Shown: one piece after another, positions 38,125-48,612 of the stretch
Position numbering within the stretch: position 1 is the stretch's first letter
Layout: each line of letters opens with the position of its first letter
DNA from: Ostreococcus lucimarinus
Lineage: Eukaryota
Strand: one strand, 5' to 3'
DNA length: 64,000 nucleotides
NCBI GenBank assembly: GCA_000092065.1
Contig: CP000591.1
The notes under the pieces: model-generated
The model's database searches: none
What the model was told of the DNA's origin: nothing
Seen by the model: only the letters and a program-made list of their open reading frames with translations
Made by a program: the position numbers and the translations under genes

Positions 38125-40581
38125 TTACAATCCCTCGCGATTCTTCGCTTGGTCATCCTCTTCTAGCGCCACGAGCGTGGCGTCCACGAGTCTCTCGAGG
38201 ACTTGGGATAGACGCGCGATGCGCCCGCCTTGCTCCGCGTTCTCCTTGACGGCGCTCGGCAACGTCTCCACCGTTTCCGCGATTTTCGTCGCCAGCGAGC
38301 TGATTTTCGATTCTATGATGGTTCGAATCGCTTTGCGTTCGCGCTCGAACGACGCGCACTTGGCCTCGAGCTGTTCGCATCTCGCGCTGGCGTCGTTTCG
38401 GCGTTGGGCGGTGAGCGCTTCCAATCGCAAGCGCACGTTATCGGCTTCAATCTCTTGTAAGGAATCTCGCTGCTCGTTGTTTTGCGTCTCAAGATACGCG
38501 ACTTTCGCACGCAGAAGTTTCAACTCCGACATCGCGTCGTCGCTTTTCCCGTTACCCGATTCCGATTCGCTTTCGCTCCCGACCCATCCGCCGAGCGCGG
38601 CGCGAAGACCGCCGCTCAACTGCGCGTGGAGTTGCGTCTCCTTCACCGCCGCGCGCTTGATACCGAATAGCTCCGCCGTTTTCGCATCTAGAGCATCCTC
38701 GAGTAGAGCTTTCTGCTCTTCGCACGCGCGAACTTGATCTTGCAATGCGTCGATGCGTTCGTCGCGTTCGCGCAGTCGAGCCGTGAGGCCGAGCATGATG
38801 TCGCGCTGCTTCAACAACACTCCCTTGTACCGTTCGACCTCGCGCGTGGAGTCACCAGCCTCGGCGCGCTCGGCTTCGATGCTTTTAAGCTTTCGCTCGT
38901 ATTCCGCGCGTATCGCAGCCACGCTCGAGGGGTCGTCGCCGCCGAGCAATTGACTCTGCATCTCGGAGATGCGCTTTTCTAAATTTCTCTTCTCTTGCTT
39001 TTCGATGAGAAATTCTTGCGATCGCATTTCGAGTTCGGTGATCGCGCGCAGCTTATCCGCCTCTGCGCGGCGTCGTTGCTCGTCCACCTCGAGTAATCGA
39101 CGTTTATCCACTAAATCTTTCGTACGTGTGTCCAACTCGGTGCGCAACTGCCTGAGCTCGCGCTCGTACTTGCGCAACAGCGACTTTTGATCTAAATCCT
39201 CATTCAGCGTCGCCGTATTCTTAATCTCCTTCGCACGACTGGCGAATTTCAACGTCGACAGCGACTCCGCGAAAGCTTCGAGCGCGGGCGAAACCATGGC
39301 GATGACGGTGGTTATGCAGTTACCGCCGAGTGAATCTTCCAAAATGCGCGTCAATTTGGAATCACGATACGGAATGTGCGATCGACCTTTGCTATCCGTC
39401 AAGGCGCTGATGACGTTGCCGAGCGCGCTCAGGCTTTGATTAATCTTTTTACTCTCGTCCAGCCGTTTTCCCGTGGCCCCGGTTAACGACACGCGCTCAG
39501 ATCCCGCCAAATCAACCAAGTTAAGTTTACCGACGGTGATGCTCTGTCGCTGCGCCGGAGCGCCCTCACCCACGTCCACACCGTCCACAGGTTCGTCATC
39601 CTCGGTCGTGCTGTGTTCTATGATGATGGTGAATACGGCGTGCGATCGCGACGAGAGCTCGTTCATCTTCGTCGACCCCGTCGCTCGAAGTTGCGCCCCG
39701 CGCTCGAGCAAACCGTAAATTTCACTCGGCGTCCGCACGACCCATTCCGATTGACCTTCCACGAACACGCCGCGCTTCTTGTCCTCGCGAATGTTCAAAT
39801 TCGTTCTCTCGGGTTTCAACAAATCGCTCACCGTCTCGTTGTAAATCTGCAAGTAACTCACGCGCACGAGATACTTTGACCGCGCGTGCGAGTCCTTGGC
39901 GATGTAATCGAAGATGTCCTCAATCGCGCGCGGAATGATCCCCCTTTCGCGCCCATCCGTCACCGGCGCGTTCCCCGGCAACCCAAACCGCTGTTGTCCA
40001 TACGCCAACATCGTTCCTCGATCACCCTCCATCGTGTACGTCTTCCCCGTCCCCGTCTGTCCGTACGCCAACACCGTGGCGTTGTATCCTCGCAGCGCGT
40101 TCAGCGTCGCCGGCTTCGCGCTTCTCGCGTACACCTCCTCCTGCGTCGCCCTCTCGTCGTACACCGCGTCGAATCCAAACTCATACGTCCTCTGTCGTTC
40201 GTGCGCGCCGTCATCCGCGAACGTCCCTCCCTCCCCGTTCCCCGCGAGCGCTCGCTCGCCGCCCGCGCTCGCCGCGCACGCCTTCCCGCCGCGCGTCGCC
40301 GCCACCGCGCGTTGATACGCCCCTCGCCCCTCGCGCGTCTCTCGCCGCAGCGCGGGTCGCACGCGTATCATCACCTCCACGTTCGACGTCGACGTCGACG
40401 TCCCTCGCGCCGCGTCGTCGTCCCCCGTCGCGCGTCGGTTCGAACGCGCGGCGTCGGCATCCGCATCCGCATCCGCATCCGCATCCGCATCGTCGTCGTC
40501 GTCGTCGTCGCGCGCGTCGTCGTCGCGATTCCGATCTCGCGCGTCGTCGAGCGCGCGACGCTCGACGTCGAGGGCGTCCAT
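38125..40581 (-). CDS. Kinesin-like motor protein (N-terminal motor, C-terminal coiled coil); ORF-track N-terminal extension through tandem repeat rejected
   Basis: Start MDALDVERRAL (minus-strand ATG at 40581); P-loop GQTGTGKTYTM, switch I SSRSH, switch II DLAGSE; neck then coiled coil; Asp/Ala tract encoded by (GCATCC)n. Confidence 0.9.
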   Translation of the reverse strand: MDALDVERRALDDARDRNRDDDARDDDDDDDADADADADADADAARSNRRATGDDDAARGTSTSTSNVEVMIRVRPALRRETREGRGAYQRAVAATRGGKACAASAGGERALAGNGEGGTFADDGAHERQRTYEFGFDAVYDERATQEEVYARSAKPATLNALRGYNATVLAYGQTGTGKTYTMEGDRGTMLAYGQQRFGLPGNAPVTDGRERGIIPRAIEDIFDYIAKDSHARSKYLVRVSYLQIYNETVSDLLKPERTNLNIREDKKRGVFVEGQSEWVVRTPSEIYGLLERGAQLRATGSTKMNELSSRSHAVFTIIIEHSTTEDDEPVDGVDVGEGAPAQRQSITVGKLNLVDLAGSERVSLTGATGKRLDESKKINQSLSALGNVISALTDSKGRSHIPYRDSKLTRILEDSLGGNCITTVIAMVSPALEAFAESLSTLKFASRAKEIKNTATLNEDLDQKSLLRKYERELRQLRTELDTRTKDLVDKRRLLEVDEQRRRAEADKLRAITELEMRSQEFLIEKQEKRNLEKRISEMQSQLLGGDDPSSVAAIRAEYERKLKSIEAERAEAGDSTREVERYKGVLLKQRDIMLGLTARLRERDERIDALQDQVRACEEQKALLEDALDAKTAELFGIKRAAVKETQLHAQLSGGLRAALGGWVGSESESESGNGKSDDAMSELKLLRAKVAYLETQNNEQRDSLQEIEADNVRLRLEALTAQRRNDASARCEQLEAKCASFERERKAIRTIIESKISSLATKIAETVETLPSAVKENAEQGGRIARLSQVLERLVDATLVALEEDDQAKNREGL

Positions 40582-40627
40582 CGCGCGCGCGCCGCGCGGC
40601 GCCGTGCCGCTGTGCCGCGCGCGACGG

Positions 40628-40905
40628 CCGACCGACCGACCGACCGACCGACCGACTGGTGTACAAACAGTGACACGCGAAATAACCATCGCCGCGACGC
40701 CACTGATGGGAATCTTCACGTATCGAAGAGCCGACCGACCGACTGGTGTACAAACAGTGACACGCGAAATACCCATCGCCGCGACGCCACTGATGGGAAT
40801 CTTCACGTATCGAAGAGCCGACCGACCGACTGGTGTACAAACAGTGACACGCGAAATAACCATCGCCGCGACGCCACTGATGGGAATCTTCACGTAATGA
40901 AGAGC
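40628..40905. repeat. 87-bp tandem repeat, about 2.8 copies, in kinesin/AsnRS divergent promoter
   Basis: Units start at 40657, 40744, 40831 (period 87), 1-2 mismatches per unit; each unit ends in (ccga)n. Confidence 0.9.
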
Positions 40906-40945
40906 CGCCGCCGGCACACCCCGACGCCGCGCGCGCGCGAGCGCC

Positions 40946-42637
40946 ATGGCGGACGCCCTTGCCTCGACGCTCGACGGCCTGACGCTCGACGGCGCGAGGC
41001 ACAGGTACTCGAAGATCTACGACCGCGTCCCGATCGAAAGCGTGCTCGCGACGGCGGAAAAAGACGCGATCGGACGGACGATCGTCGTCGGTGGCTGGGT
41101 GAAGACGGGACGCGAGGCGGAGCGAGGCGCGCTGCTGTTTCTCGCGGTGAACGACGGGAGCGGACCGGGAAACCTGCAGGTGGTGGTGAAATCCGAGACG
41201 TACGCCGAGCTGGGGGAGCTGAAGACGACGGGGACGAGCGTGGTGATCGAGGGCGAGCTGCGGGCGCCGCCGGAGAGCGCGAAGGGGCAGGCGATCGAGA
41301 TGCACGCGACGAGGGTGCTGATGGTCGGAAAGTGCGACGGCGCGACGTATCCGATCGCGAAGAAGAAGCAGACGCTGGAGTTCCTGCGGGAGAAGATTCA
41401 TCTGCGACCGAGGACGAACACGATCGCGAGCGTGGCGCGGGTGCGGAGCGCGCTCGCGTACGCGACGCATACGTTTTTTAACCAAAATGGGTTCTTGTAC
41501 GTGCACACGCCGTGCGTGACGCAGAGCGATTGCGAGGGAGCGGGAGAGATGTTTCAAGTGACGACGTTGCTGAGCGAGGCGGAGAAGCCGGAGGCGTTAG
41601 AGGCGACGGTGAAGCCGGAGGAGATTGAGGCAAAGCGCGCCGAGGTTTCCGCGTGCGGCGGAGAGATCAAGTCGATGAAGGAGAGTGGGGCGGATTCCAA
41701 GGAGGTGAAGAAGGCGGTGAAGACGTTAGATAAACTCAAGCAAGAGCTGTCGCAGATGGAATCGGCGGCGCGCAAGATTGGCGGGATTCAACGCGCCGAA
41801 GACGGTTCCATCGATTACTCCCGCGATTTCTTTGGCGGCAAGTCGTACTTGACCGTTTCCGGGCAGTTACAGGTGGAAACGTACGCGTGTGCGCTCTCTA
41901 ACGTGTACACTTTCGGTCCGACGTTCCGTGCGGAGAACTCGAACACCACCAGACACTTGGCTGAGTTCTGGATGATTGAACCCGAGCTCGCGTTTGCCGA
42001 CTTGAACGACGACATGCAGTGCGCGGAGGATTACGTCAGGTTCTGCTGCAACTACCTCCTCGAGAACTGCTACGGCGACTTGGAATTCTTTGCCAAGATG
42101 TACGACAGCACGTGCATCGATCGCGTGAAGGAAATTGCGACAACGCCGTTTGGTCGCGTCTCGTACACCGAAGCCATCGATCTCTTGGAAAAAGCCGTCG
42201 CCGACGGCAAGGAGTTCGTCTACCCAGTCTCTTGGGGTATCGACTTGGCCACCGAACACGAGCGCTGGCTCGCCGAGGAACACTTCAAGAAACCCGTGAT
42301 CGTTTACAACTACCCGAAGGACATCAAGGCTTTCTACATGCGCTTGAACGACGACAACAAAACCGTCGCCGCGATGGACGTCTTGGTGCCAAAGGTTGGC
42401 GAACTCATCGGCGGTAGTCAACGCGAGGAGCGATTGGACGTGTTGGAACGCCGAATGGTGGAATGTGACCTCGTGCCGGAAGAATATTCTTGGTACTTGG
42501 ACCTGCGTCGTTACGGCACCGTCACCCACGCCGGTTTCGGCCTCGGCTTTGAACGCCTGATTCTTTTGTGCACCGGGATGGAGAATATTCGCGACGTCAT
42601 TCCGTACCCGCGCTGGCCGAACAACTGCATTAGTTGA
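40946..42637 (+). CDS. Asparaginyl-tRNA synthetase (class IIb), with a Lys/Glu-rich helical insertion
   Basis: OB anticodon-binding N-domain, class II motifs (FRAENSNTTRHLAEFWMIEPE, GGSQREERLD, GFGLGFERL). Confidence 0.9.
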   Translation: MADALASTLDGLTLDGARHRYSKIYDRVPIESVLATAEKDAIGRTIVVGGWVKTGREAERGALLFLAVNDGSGPGNLQVVVKSETYAELGELKTTGTSVVIEGELRAPPESAKGQAIEMHATRVLMVGKCDGATYPIAKKKQTLEFLREKIHLRPRTNTIASVARVRSALAYATHTFFNQNGFLYVHTPCVTQSDCEGAGEMFQVTTLLSEAEKPEALEATVKPEEIEAKRAEVSACGGEIKSMKESGADSKEVKKAVKTLDKLKQELSQMESAARKIGGIQRAEDGSIDYSRDFFGGKSYLTVSGQLQVETYACALSNVYTFGPTFRAENSNTTRHLAEFWMIEPELAFADLNDDMQCAEDYVRFCCNYLLENCYGDLEFFAKMYDSTCIDRVKEIATTPFGRVSYTEAIDLLEKAVADGKEFVYPVSWGIDLATEHERWLAEEHFKKPVIVYNYPKDIKAFYMRLNDDNKTVAAMDVLVPKVGELIGGSQREERLDVLERRMVECDLVPEEYSWYLDLRRYGTVTHAGFGLGFERLILLCTGMENIRDVIPYPRWPNNCIS

Positions 42638-42730
42638 TTCGCCCAGTCCGCAATTTTCGCCGCTACGATCAAACAAGCGCAACATATTAATACTACATAC
42701 GACACCAACATCACACCTCGCTACTTACTG

Positions 42731-43450
42731 CTACCCGCGTCGTCGAAACGCCGCGATGTTGGATTTCAGCGGCGGAAACTGAAAAATCACCACACCAGCG
42801 CGCTCATCGTAAAACAACACCGGAAACGTCGCGATTGCATCGACGAAGCCAAGCTTCCCCACCGCGTTGATCGCCTTATCCACCACACCAGAGCCGGGAC
42901 CCGCTCTCGGCTCATCCGCCGACGCTCCGGCGCCGACCCAAAATGTGTCGAACCCGATGCGACACGCCGGTCGAACCATCCCCTCGCAAACTCGCGACTC
43001 CGCCGCCTGTACCGTTCCGCTCGCGCTCAACCACCCATCCGGGACGAACCGCCCTCGATGTCGCACGTCCGAAGAAATCGTCCCGTCGCGTATCACGTAT
43101 CGCAGCGGGTGAAACAGAACCCCCAGCGGCGTCGCCAATCGAACGATGTGCGGCGCGGCAAACACCCTCCAGTCCCCATCCCCTCGCACCGCGTTATCGA
43201 TCCCACCGTCCACGCGCGCGCTCGCGATCAGAGCGTCGATATCGCGCTGGATTTCGCTCGGGACGCCGCGATGAAGTTCCCAACTCGACTCGTCTTCGGC
43301 GTACTCAACGACGCGTTGGAGCGGCGCGGCGACGTCAGGGCGCGGGGTCGATCGACAGCGACTTTTACGAGCGCGACGGGGCGCCGCGACGACGCGCGAG
43401 GGCGCGAGGGCGCGCATGACGCGACGAGTAATGATGGCTGGCACTCGCAA
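42731..43450 (-). CDS. Hypothetical protein
   Basis: 239-aa ORF with non-repetitive sequence; no family recognised. Confidence 0.4.
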   Translation of the reverse strand: MRVPAIITRRVMRALAPSRVVAAPRRARKSRCRSTPRPDVAAPLQRVVEYAEDESSWELHRGVPSEIQRDIDALIASARVDGGIDNAVRGDGDWRVFAAPHIVRLATPLGVLFHPLRYVIRDGTISSDVRHRGRFVPDGWLSASGTVQAAESRVCEGMVRPACRIGFDTFWVGAGASADEPRAGPGSGVVDKAINAVGKLGFVDAIATFPVLFYDERAGVVIFQFPPLKSNIAAFRRRG

Positions 43451-43460
43451 AGGCTAACTA

Positions 43461-46400
43461 TTATTGCAGTCTGAGGTCGGTGAAATCATCGGCGACGACG
43501 TCGACGGATGGAGCGGCGGAAGCGCTCGTGTGATGAATCACTGGGAGTGGTGCTGACGTCGCGAACGACGGGGCGAGGAGGGCGGGGTCGATGGTGGGCG
43601 GGCGAGGGATTGCGCCGGCGGGCGGCGGATGCGACGATTCGGATGCCGAGGCTTCGTAACCGTAAAATCCATCTTGCGAGGCGGTTCGTTCGTGTGCGGC
43701 GTACGACGCCGACGATTGACTCTCGCTGGATTCATTCCGGGAGTGCGCGGAATGGGCCGGCGCGACGGCGGACGGCATGAAGAATTGCGCAGGAGCTTGC
43801 GCGCACGCGCCGGCGTTAGGCGCGACGGGGACGAAGCCTTGAGGGGCGACAGTCGGCGTCGAAGTCGTGCTGAACGTCGACACATAACGCGTGTGTACGC
43901 CACCTTGCTGTTTTGCGTGCGTGCTTGGCGCCATGACTGGAGGCGGACCTGCAATTTCACTCGCCGCGCTTTGTTCTGATCGAAGCGGCGGAGCACCCAC
44001 GGGTGGGGCCTCTTTCGGTGGTGCTCGTCCTCTCTCGAGCCACATCTTGCGCTCGTCGTCGTAATAGAAGACATTCTCTTGGCTCATTGTCGGCTCGTTC
44101 GCGGGCTGAGGCTTTGGCGCAACGCCGCCGAAGAGGGACGACATCGATCGTAACAAGTTGCCCGAGGGCGTGCGCTCGTGGCGCGCCACGTGCGCCGGCG
44201 GCGGTTGCACGACCGGTGCAGCTTGTGAGTGCGCCGACGAAAGTGTGTGGTGCATTTGCACGGGCTGCTGCTGATACGCATCCGGTGGCGTGTGCGGTCG
44301 CGGCTCGTGCGGTGGACCCAGCGGCGAGGCTTGAAATTCACCGCCGTCGCCGAATAGGGAGCTGACGCTTCGATCGAGCAAGCCTTTGACGCCGCTCACC
44401 AACACCTTGGCAGCGCCAGCTGCGGCGTCAGCTAATCTGCCAGTTTTTCCGCGTAAACTATTGTGTAACCGATCTTCCATCTGCGCCGCCAACATTCCCA
44501 CGAGGGCGCCGTTCACTTCGGGAGAATTTCTATCCAGAGAACGAACGCTCTTCAACACAGACTCTACGTACGCCAGCGCTGGTTTCAATTTACCAACCTC
44601 AGCTAAAGCTCCGGCGTATAAGAGCTTGTAAGGCAACAGAGATGGAAGTTGCGCTTGTGGATTCGAACCTAACACCGCGAGTTCGAAAATCTCGGTGAGG
44701 TGCACGGCACGAGGCGTGACGTACGTCCTCGGGAACTTGCGATGATCCGCGCCGATGAGACACAACCGCGAATTGAATGAATACGGCGTCGGACGTTGCT
44801 TTGACAGTGCGTAGGCAACATGCGCGGCCGTGATGTCATTCTGACACCAGAGCTCGTCGCCGAGCGCTTTGAGCACGAAATCACTCCCTTTTGCTGGGTT
44901 TGAACAAAGAATAGCGATGTGCTCGCGCCATCTCGGGAGAAGTTCTCGAATTTGGGAAACTTCCGGCACTTGCATCCCGTGCACGTTCGGTGCAGCCTCG
45001 ACACCGCTTGTCGTGAGCTCTTGGGGTATCCCAGCCATGACTACTTCGAGCGTGTGGAGCGGCGAACCGACTCGGCACACGCTCTTTGCCATGATGGAGA
45101 CCGTTTCGTGATAGTGACGACCGCCCATGTGGCTGGCGAGAAGAAGCGCGTGTGGCCATAATTTCGCCGCTACAGCGGCCTGCAGCGCCTCACCGCGCCG
45201 ACCGGCGATGAGGAGATTCTCTATTTGCACGATTTGTTGCGCGTCGCCTTCGCCCGACGGATTCAGCGGCGACGCCGCGACGTTTGCCGACACCCAACCA
45301 CCGTCCGAGGCTGCCTGAGCGTCACCGGCGAGCACGGATGCAAGCTCGGCGACAGCGCCTTTTCTATTTTCGCCTAACAAATCACCAGGGGTTGAAATCT
45401 CACCCTTATGTCGTAACATCGTCTGTAACACGCGATATAATGTCACTTCGCTCTGTTGCCGTTCTCCCCCGGACGAGAGCGCCGAGTCCATCATCTTTGT
45501 CACGTCGGCTTGTCGTCGATTTCCCAACGGCCCGTCGAACGCCTCCATCGATCGTACGTAAGACATACCGAGTGTGTTACCATCCTTTAACATGGATCCA
45601 ACCGAATGCACGCGCAAGCTACAAGGTGGTATGCTCGTTCCGTGACTGATTCTACCGCCAGGATACCCAGGCCCGCTCAGTATGAGCGAGCCGCCAAAAC
45701 CGAAACTCATCGCCACGTGCTGCGGGCGGCCGTGCGGAGAACGATCAGTGTCGTCATAATTTGCGGGTTTGAGCGTCTCTGTTTCACTATATGCTGCATA
45801 CTCGAGCTGTTGCGTGGAGTGCGCCTCGTAAGACGGCGCATAGCCGCCATGATTCGCGCTCGGCGCAGGCACAGGCGGATACTCTGGCTGTGCCACGCGA
45901 GCGGGCTCGTACGTGTCGTAGCCCGCGCTCGCGCGAGGTGGTGGCGTAAATGGTACGGGCGACGCTGAAGCCAATGCATGCGGCACGGCATGCACGTACG
46001 CCATCGGGGAGTCTTCAATCGGCGTCGGCACCATGAACGTCGGCTTCGGCGGCGTCTGCGGCGGCGCCTGCATATCGGAGACGGAATTCGACGAGGACAC
46101 ACGGCTGTGCAAATTCTCGGAAGAATACGCCGGCACTATCGGTGGTGCGCTCAGGTCCGCGGTGACGTCGTTTTCTCGATAGTCTGCGTACGCTGATCTA
46201 GGCGGCTCTCGCAGTTCAAGCGCGCGATTCGGCTGGTCTTCGTGCGAAGCGCTCGCGAGCGGTTGGGAAAATCCCTGTCGCGCGTACTGTTCCGGAGCAT
46301 GTTGCTCGTACGCAGTGGCGTGAGCGTGTGACGTCATCCCCATCCCGAAGTCATCGCTCGTTTCGCGCTCGCCGACGAACTCTGCTTGCGGATACTCAGC

Positions 46401-47201
46401 CGCCGGCGCGTGCGTTTCCTCGTAAAACGCACGATCCGGCGCCGAATCCGTCGGCGCGAAGCTCGTCGCCTCGATAACTGGCGCGCGCGCCTCGGCCGCG
46501 ACGCTCGCGATCTCGTTCGCCTCCGCCACGTTCTCGCTCGCCGCGTACGTTTCGCGCGCCGGCGCCTCCGCCGCCCCGCTCGCCCGCGCCTCGAACGGAA
46601 TCACCGCCGGCGCGCTCACCGTCTCCTCCGCCGCGTCTAAATCGTCAAAGAATCCCATCCCATCGTCCCGCGACGCCGCGGGCGACGCGAACGGCGCGTT
46701 CGTCGCGTACGTCGCCGCCGCCGTCGCCGTCGCCGCCGCGCGAACCGCCCCCGCCGACGCCTCCGCCCCCGCCGACGCCGACGCCGACGCGCCGACCTCC
46801 CCCCCCCCCCCCGTCGGCGTCAACCAATCGTCGTCGCCCTCGCACCCCCCGAACAGCGCCCCCAAGTCGCCGTTCGCGACTTCCACGAACCCCGTCGGCG
46901 CGTCCTCGCGCGCGCGCGGCGTCGTCGGCGTCGTCGCGAACGCCGCCTCCTCCCGTCGCGTCGGCGTCGTCGCGCGCTCGCCCATCGTCGGCGTCGCGAC
47001 GCCGAACGGTCCGCGCGTCGTCGTCGTCGTCGCGTCGTCGCGCGCCGCGCCGTCGTCGCGCCGCGCGTCGTCGCCGCACGTCGTCGTCGCGACCGCGCGC
47101 TCGCCCGTCGTCGTCGCCTCGCGCGACGCCTCCGCGTCCGCGCGGCGCGGCGCCGGCGCGACGTCGTCGAGCCACGCGTCGTCGCTGTCCGACGACGCCA
47201 T
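43461..47201 (-). CDS. SEC16: COPII assembly scaffold Sec16 homolog; N-terminal Ser/Arg-rich extension in ORF track (to 47795) rejected
   Basis: Central conserved domain WPHALLLASHMGGRHYHETVSIMAKSV...; long Pro/Ser/Ala-rich disordered flanks; start placed at MASSDSDDAW (47201). Confidence 0.8.
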   Translation of the reverse strand: MASSDSDDAWLDDVAPAPRRADAEASREATTTGERAVATTTCGDDARRDDGAARDDATTTTTRGPFGVATPTMGERATTPTRREEAAFATTPTTPRAREDAPTGFVEVANGDLGALFGGCEGDDDWLTPTGGGGEVGASASASAGAEASAGAVRAAATATAAATYATNAPFASPAASRDDGMGFFDDLDAAEETVSAPAVIPFEARASGAAEAPARETYAASENVAEANEIASVAAEARAPVIEATSFAPTDSAPDRAFYEETHAPAAEYPQAEFVGERETSDDFGMGMTSHAHATAYEQHAPEQYARQGFSQPLASASHEDQPNRALELREPPRSAYADYRENDVTADLSAPPIVPAYSSENLHSRVSSSNSVSDMQAPPQTPPKPTFMVPTPIEDSPMAYVHAVPHALASASPVPFTPPPRASAGYDTYEPARVAQPEYPPVPAPSANHGGYAPSYEAHSTQQLEYAAYSETETLKPANYDDTDRSPHGRPQHVAMSFGFGGSLILSGPGYPGGRISHGTSIPPCSLRVHSVGSMLKDGNTLGMSYVRSMEAFDGPLGNRRQADVTKMMDSALSSGGERQQSEVTLYRVLQTMLRHKGEISTPGDLLGENRKGAVAELASVLAGDAQAASDGGWVSANVAASPLNPSGEGDAQQIVQIENLLIAGRRGEALQAAVAAKLWPHALLLASHMGGRHYHETVSIMAKSVCRVGSPLHTLEVVMAGIPQELTTSGVEAAPNVHGMQVPEVSQIRELLPRWREHIAILCSNPAKGSDFVLKALGDELWCQNDITAAHVAYALSKQRPTPYSFNSRLCLIGADHRKFPRTYVTPRAVHLTEIFELAVLGSNPQAQLPSLLPYKLLYAGALAEVGKLKPALAYVESVLKSVRSLDRNSPEVNGALVGMLAAQMEDRLHNSLRGKTGRLADAAAGAAKVLVSGVKGLLDRSVSSLFGDGGEFQASPLGPPHEPRPHTPPDAYQQQPVQMHHTLSSAHSQAAPVVQPPPAHVARHERTPSGNLLRSMSSLFGGVAPKPQPANEPTMSQENVFYYDDERKMWLERGRAPPKEAPPVGAPPLRSEQSAASEIAGPPPVMAPSTHAKQQGGVHTRYVSTFSTTSTPTVAPQGFVPVAPNAGACAQAPAQFFMPSAVAPAHSAHSRNESSESQSSASYAAHERTASQDGFYGYEASASESSHPPPAGAIPRPPTIDPALLAPSFATSAPLPVIHHTSASAAPSVDVVADDFTDLRLQ

Positions 47202-48612
47202 GACGACGCGCGACGACGCGCGCGTCGCCGTCTGCCGCGTCGATCGTCGTCGAGCGATCACACCGACGCGCGCGATGTCGCGCGAGCGCTCGAGCGCGCG
47301 CGCGCGCGAGCGACGGTCGAGATCGCGATCGCGATCGCCCGCGCGACGGTGCGCGCGACGCGACGACGCGCGGTGGCGACGCGACGACGATCGGGACGCC
47401 GGGCGATCGCGAGGCGACGACGCGCGACGACGGTTCGACGACGACCGCGAGCGACGAGAGCGACGGGACGGGAGCGAACGGGAGTGGACGCGCGATCGCG
47501 GCGACGCGCGGTGGGACGCGCGGCGACGCGAGGACGGGCGAGGGTGGACGGGACGGGACGAGGACGCGCGCGCGAGCGCGGGACCGGGCGCGGGACCGGG
47601 ACCGAGGCGAGACGGATGGGGAAGGGATGGATGGGAACGCGAGCGAGGAAGGTTCGGAAACGATGGCGCGAGGCGGGAGGATCGAGGCGGGGAGCGGTTC
47701 GGGGGACACGCGCGAAGACCGGATCCGAGGGAAACGGCGACGCGGGAGGCGCTCGCGTCGCGGTGGTTGGAGAAGAACGCGAACGGGACGGCCAAGGTGA
47801 GCGATTATAACGCGGAGAAGTTGAGGCGGGAGATATACGTGGGGAATTTGGTGTCGGGACAGATCGGGGCGACGATGCTGTGCGAATTGTTGAACGATGT
47901 GTTGAAGAAGATCGTGCCCGAGGCGTGTCACGCGGTGGGGAAGTTGCCGCCGGTGCTGAGCATCGTGATGGATAGCGCGCAAAAGTACGCGTCTTTGGAG
48001 ATGCGAAGCTCGGCGTTGGCGACGGCGGCGCTTGGTTTGGATCAGATGCACGTGCTAGGGCGACCGCTGCACATCACTCGGCCGGCGGGATACTTTGACG
48101 ACCCGGACGCGAAGAGACAAGTTTTAAACGTCGAGCACGTGCTTCCCGCGCCGGAGAAACTGCAGCAAGTGTACGATTATTTGGACGCCCGCAAGATCGA
48201 AGAATCGAAATCGAAGGATGAAGCGATCGAACGCGCGAAGAAGATGGCGGTGAGTGTGTCTGAGAGTGTGGCTCACGCCGCCGCGCCGACGACGGCAGAG
48301 GCCACGGAGTATTTGTGCCTCGAAAACATGGTCGACGTCAAGACGTTGCTCAGCGCTCGCGAGCGCAAGGAATTGCGATACGATATCGAGGATGAGTGCG
48401 GAAAGTGTGGTAAAGTGGTTCGTGTGGTCGTTCCAACGCCGAGCGACGAAGAGGTCGAACGCAAGGCGGCGAGTCGTGCGTACGTTTACTTTGCGCGCGT
48501 CGGCAGCGCTGAGAGCGCGCACAAGGTGATGCACGGTCGAAAATTCGGTGGTCGCATAGTCCAGGCGCGATACATAGAGGCTAGTGAGTTCGAAGCCTTC
48601 GATAAGAAGTAG
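47200..48612 (+). CDS. U2AF65-like splicing factor: RS/RD-rich N-terminus, RRM1 and C-terminal UHM, apparently lacking RRM2; start uncertain
   Basis: RDRERSRSRSRSP tract; RRM1 EIYVGNLVSGQ...VLSIVMDSAQKYASLEM; UHM with KCGKVVRVVVP and RYIEASEF. Confidence 0.75.
   Translation: MTTRDDARVAVCRVDRRRAITPTRAMSRERSSARARERRSRSRSRSPARRCARRDDARWRRDDDRDAGRSRGDDARRRFDDDRERRERRDGSEREWTRDRGDARWDARRREDGRGWTGRDEDARASAGPGAGPGPRRDGWGRDGWERERGRFGNDGARREDRGGERFGGHARRPDPRETATREALASRWLEKNANGTAKVSDYNAEKLRREIYVGNLVSGQIGATMLCELLNDVLKKIVPEACHAVGKLPPVLSIVMDSAQKYASLEMRSSALATAALGLDQMHVLGRPLHITRPAGYFDDPDAKRQVLNVEHVLPAPEKLQQVYDYLDARKIEESKSKDEAIERAKKMAVSVSESVAHAAAPTTAEATEYLCLENMVDVKTLLSARERKELRYDIEDECGKCGKVVRVVVPTPSDEEVERKAASRAYVYFARVGSAESAHKVMHGRKFGGRIVQARYIEASEFEAFDKK

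Noticed and set aside
40582-40947. Triple 29-aa peptide repeat at the kinesin N-terminus in the ORF track
   Set aside because: Is a read-through of the 87-bp tandem DNA repeat upstream of the first plausible Met; not a CRISPR array either (no spacers, eukaryotic context)
44650-44700. tRNA-like T-arm signature (GGTTCGAATCC on minus strand)
   Set aside because: Lies inside the Sec16 coding sequence (encodes ...VLGSNPQAQLPSL...), flanking sequence does not fold into acceptor/D/anticodon arms; coincidental
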